NCBI GenBank assembly: GCA_041662625.1
Contig: JBAZSB010000002.1
Location: forward strand, 12,024 to 76,023
From: Patescibacteria group bacterium
Lineage (GTDB): Bacteria > Patescibacteriota > Patescibacteriia > Buchananbacterales > UBA6539
Reading direction: 5' to 3'
DNA length: 64,000 nt
Part shown: in pieces, positions 47,385-57,344 of the stretch
Layout: each line of letters opens with the position of its first letter
How positions within the stretch are numbered: position 1 is the stretch's first letter
The notes under the pieces: model-generated
Databases searched by the model: none
Told to the model about the DNA's origin: nothing
The model's input: only the letters and a program-made list of their open reading frames with translations
Position numbers and translations under genes: made by a program

Positions 47385-50300
47385 TTATTTTTCTTCCAGC
47401 TTAAATCCAGTACCAGCCGGAATTAACCGACCAATGATAACATTTTCCTTAAGGCCTTTCAGGTGATCAATTCGGCCTTCGACTGCGGCATTAATTAAGA
47501 CCCGCGAAGTTTCTTGGAAAGAAGCCGCCGACAAAAAGCTGGAGGTTGATAAAGAAACTTTGGAAATACCCAAAAGTAATTCTTCACCAACTGCCGACTG
47601 CGCCTCTTTCTTTTTAAGTGACGAGTTAGCTTCATCAAGTTCATCTTTTTCAATTCTTTGACCTTCTAAAAGTTGGGTGTCACCGATTTTATTAACTAAA
47701 ACCCGGGAAAACATCTGCCGGACAATTAATTCAATATGACGATTATCTAATTTCTGACCTTGGGAGGAATAAATAGTTTGAATTTCATCCACCACATACC
47801 TCTGGGTCTCTGCTTTACCTTTAAGGTGATAAAGCTGCTTTAAATCCAAACTGCCATTAGTCAAAGCATCACCTTTAGTAATCAAATCGCCATCGGCCAC
47901 TAACAAATTAAATTCGGGCGGGATCTTATAAACTTGTGATTTCTTCTCTTTGACTGAAATAATAATTTTGTCTTCTTCCAATTTAACAGTGCCATCCTGT
48001 TTAGCTAAGACTTTTTCTCCATCCTCATTAGTAAATAAAAGTTCACCCTTTTTAATCTTCTGTTTATTCTTGGCGGCAATTTTTACCTTAGCTTTGTCTT
48101 TAGCCTTTAAGGGATAAGTATCTTGATCAACATGTTCATAAAAAACTTTAATTACCTTAAACCGATTCAGACCGGATTCTTTTTTCGGTTCTTCAATTTT
48201 AACGGTACCATCAACTTCGGAGACAAAAGCTCGTCTTTTTGGCGGCCTGGCCTCAAAAATTTCCTCAACTCGAGGCAAACCTTGGGTAATATCTAATCCC
48301 GCCACACCACCAGTATGAAAAGTTCTCATCGTCAGCTGCGTTCCCGGCTCACCAATACTTTGAGCGGCAATAATTCCAACCGCTGTCCCCATGGCGACTG
48401 GCTTATTGTAAGCCAGATCCCAGCCGTAACATTTCTGGCAAATTCCCCGGTGGGTTTTACAAGCCATAACTGACCGCACTTTGATTTCGGCTAGATCTAA
48501 TTGTTTCAAAACTGCAACTTTTTCAGAATTAATTAAATCCCCTTTATTAATAATTACTTTTTTAGTTTTGGGATCAACAATTTTTTCCGCAATATAGCGA
48601 CCCTTTACCCGATCAATTAAATTCAAATTAATGGCTTCGCTGGCTTTTTTGGTCAATACTACCCCTTCAGTATCACCGCAATCTTTTTCATTAATCACCA
48701 AATCCTGCGAAACATCAACTAGCCGCCGCGTCAAATAGCCAGCATTAGCTGTTCTTAAGGCGGTGTCGGATAAACCTTTTCGGGCACCATGGGTAGAAAT
48801 GAAGTATTCCAACACATCAAAACCTTCTTTGAAATTACCTTTGACCGGTAATTCAATAATATCACCAGCCGGATTGGTCACTAAGCCCTTCATTCCAACG
48901 ATTTGAATCAACTGACTCCAACTCCCACGAGCGCCTGACTCAACCATGGTAAAAATTGGCCCATAGGGATCAAGAGTATTTTGACTCATTTTGACAATTT
49001 TATCCTTAATATTCATCCAAATCTCAATGATTTTGGTATGACGTTCACTGTCAGTGAGCAGCCCGGAATTATATTGATTTTCCACTTCTTCCACTTCTTG
49101 CTCACCAGATGTAATCACCTCTTTTTTACCAGCAATTTTAGGCACATCATCCATCCCCCAAGAATAACCCGACTGAGTCAGATATTTAAAGCCTAAATTT
49201 TTAATTTTATCCAACAGGTGGGCCACTTCGATTTCATCATATTTTTCCAAAAATTCAGAAACCATTTGGCGTAAGCTTTTACTATCCACGACGCTGTTTT
49301 GAAATGGATAATCATCGGGCAAAACTTGATTAAAAATCAGGCGGCCAACTGAAGTTTCATAAAGTTTGTCTTTGAACCCAACTGATTTCAATTTCTTTTC
49401 CAACCAGCTGCCAGGACGAACCCTGATGGTTTGCTGAATTTTAATTTTTTGCAAGTTGTAAGCTAAAATTGCTTCATCACAATCGGCAAAAATTTTGACT
49501 TTATCATCTTTAGCGTTTTGAATCAAAGTTAAATAATGACAGCCCCAGACTATATCTTTGGTCGGCCGGGCGACAGGATCACCAGTGGCTGGTTTCAAAA
49601 TATTACGTGAGGCAATCATCAAGTTAGCGGCTTCCCATTTAGCCTTCTCGGTTAATGGCACATGAACTGCCATCTGGTCACCATCAAAATCAGCATTAAA
49701 AGCCTCGCAAACCATAGGGTGAATTTGAATGGCTTTACCCTCAATCAAAACTGGCTTGAAAGCTTGAATCCCTAAACGATGGAGGGTAGGAGCACGATTA
49801 AGTAAGACGTGGGCGTCTTTAACAATATTTTCTAAAATATCCCAGACTTCGTTGCGGCCCGATTCAATAAAACGATTGGCACTTCGGACATTATGGACGT
49901 ATTCTTGCTGAATTAATTTACTGATGACAAAAGGCTTAAATAATTCTAAAGCCATTCGTTTGGGCAAGCCACACTCATAAATTTTCAATTTTGGTCCAAC
50001 AACAATCACGCTGCGGCCAGAATAGTCGATTCTTTTACCTAATAAATTTTGACGAAATCGGCCTTGCTTACCTTTCAAAATATCAGCCAAAGACTTAAGC
50101 ATCCGCTTCTGACCGGTGGAAGCCACCACCGTTTTGCCGTGGCGGGCCGAGTTATCAATCAAAGCATCAACTGCTTCCTGTAACATTCTTTTTTCATTCC
50201 GACAAATTACTTCAGGCGCATTTAATTCTTTTAATTGTTTCAACCGATTATTCCGATTGATAATGCGCCGATATAAATCATTAAGGTCAGAAGTAGCAAA

Positions 50301-51302
50301 ACGGCCGCCATCCAAAGGAACCATTGGCCGCAGGTCGGGCGGGATAACGGGCACACTTACTAAAATCATCCACTCGGGCCGGATTTTATTTTTCAAAAAA
50401 TTCTTGGCTAGTCTGAGCTGCTTTAAAAGTTTATCTTTTTGCGGCGTTTCGTTGCCTTCAATTTGCTGCTCTAATTCCGCCACTAGTTTTTCCAAATTAA
50501 TTTTTTCTAGCAGGCGCCTGACACCATCGCCGCCAATATCAGCCTCAAAGATATGGCCGTATTTCAAAGATAAATCTTGATAAACATGCTCAGAAATAAT
50601 TCTTAAAGGCTTTAAATCTTTGAGCTCTTGCTCGGCCAGGCGCAAAATCTGTTCCAACTCTTTAGTCTTTTCCTTGCGGGAATCGTCCAAAGCCACCATT
50701 TCCTTCTCGGGATCACTGCTTGATCCGCCCTTACCTTTGGTCTCTTCTTTGTTTGTTTGGCCGGCTCGGCTTTTGATTAAATTTAATTGATGATTAAAAT
50801 CACTTTCAATTTTTTTCTTTTTAACTTTAAATTCCTGACGAATTTGCTCCAAAGTTTCTTTTTTCAAATCTTCATTAACTTCAGTAATAATAAAATCGGC
50901 AAAATAAATTACTTTTTCTAAGGCTTGCGGTGACAAATTTAAAATCAAACCAATTTTAGAAGGCACACCGCGTAAAAACCAAATGTGGGAACAGGGGGCG
51001 GCTAAATCAATGTGGCCCATCCGTTCGCGTCTGACCACCGAACGAGTGACTTCCACACCGCATTTATCGCAGACAATACCTTTATAGCGGATTTTTTTGT
51101 ATTTACCGCAATAACATTCCCAGTCTTTGGAAGGTCCAAAGATTCTTTCGCAAAATAAACCATCCTTCTCAGGTTTCTGAGTTCGATAATTAATAGTTTC
51201 CGGCTTAGTCACTTCCCCAAAAGACCAATCATGAATCTGATCGGGCGAAGCTAAACTCAGCCTTAAAGCGTCAAAATCAATTACACTTTTTTCTTCGACC
51301 AT
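47385..51302 (-). CDS. rpoC: RNA polymerase beta' subunit
   Basis: NADFDGDQMAVH, zinc finger CYCGKYK...CDKC, GEPGTQLTMRTFH. Confidence 0.99.
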   Translation of the reverse strand: MVEEKSVIDFDALRLSLASPDQIHDWSFGEVTKPETINYRTQKPEKDGLFCERIFGPSKDWECYCGKYKKIRYKGIVCDKCGVEVTRSVVRRERMGHIDLAAPCSHIWFLRGVPSKIGLILNLSPQALEKVIYFADFIITEVNEDLKKETLEQIRQEFKVKKKKIESDFNHQLNLIKSRAGQTNKEETKGKGGSSSDPEKEMVALDDSRKEKTKELEQILRLAEQELKDLKPLRIISEHVYQDLSLKYGHIFEADIGGDGVRRLLEKINLEKLVAELEQQIEGNETPQKDKLLKQLRLAKNFLKNKIRPEWMILVSVPVIPPDLRPMVPLDGGRFATSDLNDLYRRIINRNNRLKQLKELNAPEVICRNEKRMLQEAVDALIDNSARHGKTVVASTGQKRMLKSLADILKGKQGRFRQNLLGKRIDYSGRSVIVVGPKLKIYECGLPKRMALELFKPFVISKLIQQEYVHNVRSANRFIESGRNEVWDILENIVKDAHVLLNRAPTLHRLGIQAFKPVLIEGKAIQIHPMVCEAFNADFDGDQMAVHVPLTEKAKWEAANLMIASRNILKPATGDPVARPTKDIVWGCHYLTLIQNAKDDKVKIFADCDEAILAYNLQKIKIQQTIRVRPGSWLEKKLKSVGFKDKLYETSVGRLIFNQVLPDDYPFQNSVVDSKSLRQMVSEFLEKYDEIEVAHLLDKIKNLGFKYLTQSGYSWGMDDVPKIAGKKEVITSGEQEVEEVENQYNSGLLTDSERHTKIIEIWMNIKDKIVKMSQNTLDPYGPIFTMVESGARGSWSQLIQIVGMKGLVTNPAGDIIELPVKGNFKEGFDVLEYFISTHGARKGLSDTALRTANAGYLTRRLVDVSQDLVINEKDCGDTEGVVLTKKASEAINLNLIDRVKGRYIAEKIVDPKTKKVIINKGDLINSEKVAVLKQLDLAEIKVRSVMACKTHRGICQKCYGWDLAYNKPVAMGTAVGIIAAQSIGEPGTQLTMRTFHTGGVAGLDITQGLPRVEEIFEARPPKRRAFVSEVDGTVKIEEPKKESGLNRFKVIKVFYEHVDQDTYPLKAKDKAKVKIAAKNKQKIKKGELLFTNEDGEKVLAKQDGTVKLEEDKIIISVKEKKSQVYKIPPEFNLLVADGDLITKGDALTNGSLDLKQLYHLKGKAETQRYVVDEIQTIYSSQGQKLDNRHIELIVRQMFSRVLVNKIGDTQLLEGQRIEKDELDEANSSLKKKEAQSAVGEELLLGISKVSLSTSSFLSAASFQETSRVLINAAVEGRIDHLKGLKENVIIGRLIPAGTGFKLEEK

Positions 51303-51341
51303 ACCCGGTTATAAATTTAATGATTATTATTTACTATTAAT

Positions 51342-54300
51342 TTAACTTTTGGCTGCTTTTTCCTTTTTGTCTGCCTTAGATGTTAATTCCTCGGCCTGAT
51401 CTTTTGCTCCATCAGCTTCTTCTACCAATTCAGTCAAAACTGAAGTTGCCACTGGTTTATTTTCCTTAATTAATTCGATATTTAAACATAAACCATTTAA
51501 TTCACGCAGCAAAACATTAAATGACTCGGGAATATTTAATCGCCGAATCGGTTCACCCTTAATAATTGATTCGTAAGCTTTTGATCGGCCCGGCACATCA
51601 TCGGATTTGATTGTTAAAATCTCTTGCAAAGTATTAGCCGCCCCATAAGCTTCCAAAGCCCAAACTTCCATTTCACCAAACCGCTGACCGCCAAACTGAG
51701 CTTTACCACCCAAGGGCTGCTGAGTAATTAATGAGTAAGGACCAATTGACCGTTGGTGAATCTTATCTTCCACCATGTGATTTAATTTCATTATGTAAAT
51801 TTTGCCAACTGTTACCGGCTGCTCAAAGGCTTCGCCTGTTCGACCATCATAAACCGTCATTTTGCCATCGGGGGAAAAACCTGCTTTTTGGAGTTCTTGC
51901 TTGATTTGTTCCTCATTCATCCCATTTAAAACCGGCGTGGCCACCCGATAACCTAATTTATCAGCAGCTAACCCCAAATGAGTTTCCAAAATCTGACCTA
52001 AGTTCATCCGCGAAACTACCCCTAATGGACTTAAAATTATATCAACTGGCTTACCATCTTTTAGAAACGGCATATCTTCTAGCGGCAGAACGACAGAAAC
52101 TACACCTTTATTACCATGGCGACCGGCCATTTTATCACCCACTTGAATTTTCCGTAAGTTGGCAATAGAAACTTGGTACATCTTAATTACACCAGATGGC
52201 AACTTGTCGCCGCCTTCGCGGGTGAATAATTTGATATCAACAACTTTACCTTTTTCACCATGTTCCAAATAAAGAGAACTATCACGAACATCCCGGGCTT
52301 TCTCACCAAAAATTGCCCGGAGTAATTTTTCTTCAGCGGAAAGTTCAGTTTCACCTTTTGGCGTAATCTTACCGACTAAAATATCACCGGAAGAAACTGC
52401 CGCGCCAATTCGCACGACCCCTTCGGCATCTAAATCTTTGAGTTTTTCTTCACCAATATTAGGGATATCGGAAGTGACTAATTCCGGTCCTAATTTAGTA
52501 TCACGGACTTCAACCTGAAAATCTTCAATATAAATAGAAGTATAACGATCCTCTTGGACAACTCGCTCGGAAACAATGATGGCATCTTCATAGTTATAGC
52601 CTTCCCAAGCCATAAAGGCGACAGTAATATTTTGGCCCAAAGACAATTCACCATGATCGGTGGCTGGCCCATCGGCTAAAACATCACCTTTCTTAACTTC
52701 CTGGCCTTTTTGGACAACTGGTCTTTGATTAATACAAGTTGAAGCATTGGAACGGATAAATTTATTAAGCCGATAACGTTTCAGTCCACCGCTGTTTTCT
52801 AAAATTTGAATCCGATCGGCTTGGACTTCGGCGATTTTACCATCAGCCTGACAAACAATAACATGGCCTGAATCACAAGCCGCTTTTTCTTCCAAACCCG
52901 TACCAACGATTGGGGCTTGGGGATTAATACAGGGCACGGCCTGACGTTGCATGTTCGAACCCATCAAGGCGCGAACGGCATCATCATGTTCCAAAAATGG
53001 AATTAGGGAAGTGGCCACACTGACAATTTGATTCGGGGCCACATCCATATAATCAATAACATCAACGTGTTCAATTTCTGGCTCACCATACTTTCTGACT
53101 TCGGCGCGCTCAACCAAAAAATAGCCCTTTTCGTCAATCGGCGTAGTGGCGGCAGTGGTGATTGAATTTTCACTCTGAAAAGCGGTTAAATAAATTACCT
53201 CATCAGTTACCCTTGGCTTCAGGGGAACTTTTTTGAGGCTTTTAATTTTTTCTATTTGCTTAGCTGATTTCGAAGTAATAATTTCACCAGCCTTAACGAT
53301 AACTTCTTTAGTGGCTGGATCACTAATATCTTGCCGGGCAATTTCCTCTTGGGTTTCCACTGCGTCATTGTTGACGTCATGTTTGACTTTCCGAAAAGGA
53401 GTTTCAATAAATCCGTATTCATTAACTTTGGCGTAAGTGGCCAAGTGGCCGACTAAACCGATATTTGGACCTTCGGGAGTGGCAATCGGGCAAATCCGGC
53501 CGTAGTGAGTCGGATGCACATCGCGGACATCAAATCCAGCGCGTTCCCGCGAAAGACCGCCCGGACCCATGGCTGATAACCGACGCTTATGTTCCAGCTC
53601 GGCCAAAGGATTAGTTTGGTCCATAAACTGAGATAACTGCGAAGACATGAAAAACTCTTTAACTGCACCAATAACCGGCCGGGCATTAATCAAACGATTA
53701 GGATTAATTTCGGCCACATCCAAAGTGCTCATTCTGTCTTTGACAATTCTTTCCATTCGAGCTAAACCAATACGAAATTTGTTTTGGACTAGTTCACCAA
53801 TAGCCCGAACGCGCCGATTACCCAAATGATCAATATCATCAGGTTCTTTTTGAGAAATATTAAGTTTGATAATTTCGGAAGTGACATTAACCAAATCTTC
53901 CAGTCTTAAAACCCGGTTTTCCTTGGTGATGGGCAAATCCTGACTAAAACGCTGATTAATTTTATAACGGCCGACTTTACCAAAATCATAACGGTCAAAA
54001 TTAAAAAACATGGCATAAATTAAAGATTTCGCATTATCAACTGTCGCCAAATCGCCGGGACGAATTCTTTTATAAACTTCGATCAAACCTTCACTCTCGT
54101 TACCAGTGGCATCTTTGGCTAATGTATTTTTGATGTAAGAAATTTCTGGATGAGTATCAACGTTTTTAAAAAGTTCTAAAATTTCTTCATCATTACTATG
54201 ACCGAAAGCCCGGAGTAATGCCGTCACGGCAATTTTTCTTTTGCGATCAATTTTAACCCAAATGACATTATTGATATCAGTTTCAAATTCTAACCAGGAA

Positions 54301-54788
54301 CCGCGATTAGGAATTATCTTTGCCCCATAATAACGCCGCTCACCAAAAACTTCTGAGGTAAAGAAAATCCCAGCTGATCTAATTAACTGGGAAACCACGG
54401 CTCGCTCAATGCCATTAATGATAAAAGTGCCCCGGTCAGTCATCAAAGGAAAATCACCCAGATACACTTCTTGCTCAATTTCTTTATTTAATTTTTTGTT
54501 AACTAATTTACCAACAACGCGTAAAGGGGCTTCATAACTTAAATTTTTTTCTTTACTGGTGACTTCGTCAAATTTCGGTTCGTCCAAATAATATTTACCA
54601 AAATATAATTCCAAATCACGGCCAATAAAATCACGGATCGGCGAAACTTCTTCAAACAGCTCTGACAAGCCGTGATCTAAAAACCATTTATAAGAATCCT
54701 TCTGGACTTCAATCAAATCAGGCATCGGTACGGCTGGCCGAAGAGTGGTGAAAACCTTTCTCTTTGAAGTTGAGGTTTTGGTGGTCAT
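51342..54788 (-). CDS. rpoB: RNA polymerase beta subunit
   Basis: [44 protein letters not shown]. Confidence 0.99.
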   Translation of the reverse strand: MTTKTSTSKRKVFTTLRPAVPMPDLIEVQKDSYKWFLDHGLSELFEEVSPIRDFIGRDLELYFGKYYLDEPKFDEVTSKEKNLSYEAPLRVVGKLVNKKLNKEIEQEVYLGDFPLMTDRGTFIINGIERAVVSQLIRSAGIFFTSEVFGERRYYGAKIIPNRGSWLEFETDINNVIWVKIDRKRKIAVTALLRAFGHSNDEEILELFKNVDTHPEISYIKNTLAKDATGNESEGLIEVYKRIRPGDLATVDNAKSLIYAMFFNFDRYDFGKVGRYKINQRFSQDLPITKENRVLRLEDLVNVTSEIIKLNISQKEPDDIDHLGNRRVRAIGELVQNKFRIGLARMERIVKDRMSTLDVAEINPNRLINARPVIGAVKEFFMSSQLSQFMDQTNPLAELEHKRRLSAMGPGGLSRERAGFDVRDVHPTHYGRICPIATPEGPNIGLVGHLATYAKVNEYGFIETPFRKVKHDVNNDAVETQEEIARQDISDPATKEVIVKAGEIITSKSAKQIEKIKSLKKVPLKPRVTDEVIYLTAFQSENSITTAATTPIDEKGYFLVERAEVRKYGEPEIEHVDVIDYMDVAPNQIVSVATSLIPFLEHDDAVRALMGSNMQRQAVPCINPQAPIVGTGLEEKAACDSGHVIVCQADGKIAEVQADRIQILENSGGLKRYRLNKFIRSNASTCINQRPVVQKGQEVKKGDVLADGPATDHGELSLGQNITVAFMAWEGYNYEDAIIVSERVVQEDRYTSIYIEDFQVEVRDTKLGPELVTSDIPNIGEEKLKDLDAEGVVRIGAAVSSGDILVGKITPKGETELSAEEKLLRAIFGEKARDVRDSSLYLEHGEKGKVVDIKLFTREGGDKLPSGVIKMYQVSIANLRKIQVGDKMAGRHGNKGVVSVVLPLEDMPFLKDGKPVDIILSPLGVVSRMNLGQILETHLGLAADKLGYRVATPVLNGMNEEQIKQELQKAGFSPDGKMTVYDGRTGEAFEQPVTVGKIYIMKLNHMVEDKIHQRSIGPYSLITQQPLGGKAQFGGQRFGEMEVWALEAYGAANTLQEILTIKSDDVPGRSKAYESIIKGEPIRRLNIPESFNVLLRELNGLCLNIELIKENKPVATSVLTELVEEADGAKDQAEELTSKADKKEKAAKS

Positions 54789-55152
54789 AGTTAATTTAGA
54801 TCTCCGGAAAAAACAACAAAAATCTCTCCCAACCCCTAAGCGGGAAGCGAGTTGATTTTTTTGTTTTTAGTTTTGAGAAAAAAAGAAGCCCACTATGTTT
54901 GTTTTTAAAATCAATGCGTTAGTTCGAATAGCGGGAATTTTTTAAATCGCCATTTAATGGAAATTAACTTGTCAATATTATCATAATTCCAAGGCCTTGT
55001 CAAATGTTTTCTCCTTTTATAATACGATTAATACCAATTTGGCTAAATTTAGCTAAAAAAATTCAAAAAAATAAAGACTTATCCACAATTTTTCCCACTA
55101 GCCACCTAAGGGTTAATTTTTGGGTAACCAAAAATGATGAACAATAAGTTGA

Positions 55153-55410
55153 TTAAAAATTTGGTTTTTTGGGTTTTTGCCGGGGCAGACTGTTAAATGT
55201 TTCGGGTTTTTCCACAATTCGATCCAAAACTGGATTAGGTGGCGCCCCAACATTTTTAATGGTCCGCAGACTAGTTTCTGTTGCCAAGGCAACGCCCGTA
55301 CAACCCAAAGCCCAGGCTAAATAATCCTGGGAACCCAAAAGATGGTTTATTCCTAAACCAATACCCACGCCAATGATGGTGGCTAAAATAATTCGCGACC
55401 AATAATCCAT
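55153..55410 (-). CDS. Small membrane protein
   Basis: Two hydrophobic segments. Confidence 0.55.
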   Translation of the reverse strand: MDYWSRIILATIIGVGIGLGINHLLGSQDYLAWALGCTGVALATETSLRTIKNVGAPPNPVLDRIVEKPETFNSLPRQKPKKPNF

Positions 55411-55499
55411 AGGCTAAATTATAATTTTTAATTATTAATTTTGAATCAATTTTGAATATTCAAATATTAAAATATTGAATCAAAATTCGAATTTCAAAA

Positions 55500-56831
55500 T
55501 TAATAATTATAATTGCTATCTTTTAACTTTTTCAATTCTTCTCTAACAATTGCCCGGTCATCCCAGGGAATATTTTTATCCCCAACCACCATGGCTTGCT
55601 CACAACCCTTACCGGTAATCAAAACTAAATCATCAGGCCCAGCTAAACTCAAGGCTTTAGAAATTGCTTCCCGGCGATCTAAAATTTTAAATAAATTTTG
55701 ATTAATGATTTTGCCCTCTTCAATTGCTCCGGCCGCGACCTGATCAATAATGGTTTGCGGATCGTCATCATAGGGATCTTCATTAGTGACAATTACCAAA
55801 TCAGCTTTTTGGCCAGCCAACTGGCCAAGTTTGGGTCGGCGGGCAATATCCCTTCCGCCACCGGTTGAACCTAAAACCTGAATCACTTTCTGATGCGGAA
55901 TTAATTTAACAATATCATAGAGAGCACCAACCGCCTTTGGTTCATAAGCATAGTCAACAATTATTTTAAACGCTTGGCCTTCACTAATAAATTCAATGCG
56001 ACCCGGTATCCCCTCAATTGTCCCAAGGCTTTTAGCCATACTGGCCAAACTTAAACCTTGCGATAAACCAATGGTGATAGCGGCTAAAGAATTATAAATA
56101 TTATGTTGGCCAAAAAGTTTAAACTCAAAAATTTGACGGTCGATGACAAACTCAATGCCATCGGCTGTAACTTTTTGATTTTCTGCCCGAATGACTCGGC
56201 CCTGATTGGTGGACTTATTAGTCAGAGTAAAAACTAATTTTTCTTCCGCCCAATTATTTAAAAAGTCATTAACATTTTCATCGTCCAAATTTGCAATGAT
56301 AGTCTTTTTAATTTTTTGACCACTAATTAATTTTGGTGAATCATTTTTAAGCTTTTTAAATAATTTTAATTTAGCATTTTTATAGTTAGCAAACCCACCA
56401 TGGGCCTCGATATGCTCCGGGTATAAATTAGTAAAAACTAAAATATCATAATTAATACCTAAATGGCGAAATTGCTCAATGCCCTGGGAAGTCGTTTCAA
56501 TCACCGCATACTGACAATTGAATTTGACCATCTGCTTAATTAATTTCTGCAAAGCCAACCGGCCAACCATTGTCATCTTTTTATTATTCAGCCACTCTTT
56601 TCTATCCACCTGAAAAAAGAAAGTTGAAGCCGCCCCCACTTTATAACCGGCTTTTTCTAAAATTTTAGTAATCAAATAAACGACACTTGATTTGCCCGAA
56701 GTTCCGGTAACACCAATCACAATGAGTTTATCAGACGGTGAACCATAAAAAAAATTAGCGGCAATTGCCAGAGTATAATGGTAAGCCTTAATGAAAGGTT
56801 TAGGAATTATTTTACGCAGAAAAGTTAACAT
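55500..56831 (-). CDS. murE: Mur ligase, MurE-like
   Basis: VIGVTGTSGKS, ETTSQG, FTNL.PEHIEAHG, IPGRIE, VDYA, NEDPY, TGKG. Confidence 0.85.
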   Translation of the reverse strand: MLTFLRKIIPKPFIKAYHYTLAIAANFFYGSPSDKLIVIGVTGTSGKSSVVYLITKILEKAGYKVGAASTFFFQVDRKEWLNNKKMTMVGRLALQKLIKQMVKFNCQYAVIETTSQGIEQFRHLGINYDILVFTNLYPEHIEAHGGFANYKNAKLKLFKKLKNDSPKLISGQKIKKTIIANLDDENVNDFLNNWAEEKLVFTLTNKSTNQGRVIRAENQKVTADGIEFVIDRQIFEFKLFGQHNIYNSLAAITIGLSQGLSLASMAKSLGTIEGIPGRIEFISEGQAFKIIVDYAYEPKAVGALYDIVKLIPHQKVIQVLGSTGGGRDIARRPKLGQLAGQKADLVIVTNEDPYDDDPQTIIDQVAAGAIEEGKIINQNLFKILDRREAISKALSLAGPDDLVLITGKGCEQAMVVGDKNIPWDDRAIVREELKKLKDSNYNY

Positions 56832-57056
56832 AGAAAATTATGTATTAAGAATTATAAATTCAGAATTGTCACCCTGAATTTATTTCAGAATCTCTGAATT
56901 TATAATTCTTGGTTGCTACTACAATTCTACCACCTTGATAGTCTTTCCGGCAAACTAGGCAGGTTTTAGATCTGACCAAAAATACTTTGCTTTTTAGGCC
57001 ATTTTCTAGCCTAATTAAACCCTTTTCTGACTTATTAACTTATCCCCTGCCTCATC

Positions 57057-57116
57057 TTGACAGGGGTTTTTGTTTTAAGGTATACTATCAATATATTGAT
57101 ATCAATATATTGATAG
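57057..57116 (+). promoter_or_regulatory. Sigma70 promoter with a 32-bp perfect palindromic double operator
   Basis: TTGACA (57057)-18-TATACT (57081); ATCAATATATTGAT twice (57087-57114). Confidence 0.8.
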
Positions 57117-57131
57117 AGCAGGGGACCATGA

Positions 57132-57344
57132 ATGCGCATTAATGCCAAAAAATTAGGCAAAAACATCAAAAACAAACGGCTAAGAAAAGGCATCTCACAA
57201 GAGATGCTGGCCCGAGCCGCTAATTTGAAGCTCTCTAATTTAGCGAAATTAGAGGGCGGTTTTAATTCTAATCCAACTTTAGAAACACTGGCTAGTATTG
57301 CCGGTGTTTTAACTAACGGGAGTATCGATGCCTTGGTTAGATAG
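57132..57344 (+). CDS. XRE-family HTH transcriptional regulator
   Basis: LGKNIK..R..KGISQEMLARAA......LAKLEGG...NPTLETL..IA. Confidence 0.92.
   Translation: MRINAKKLGKNIKNKRLRKGISQEMLARAANLKLSNLAKLEGGFNSNPTLETLASIAGVLTNGSIDALVR

Noticed and set aside
55079-55087. DnaA box TTATCCACA as a possible oriC
   Set aside because: Single perfect box; no cluster and no dnaA or dnaN nearby
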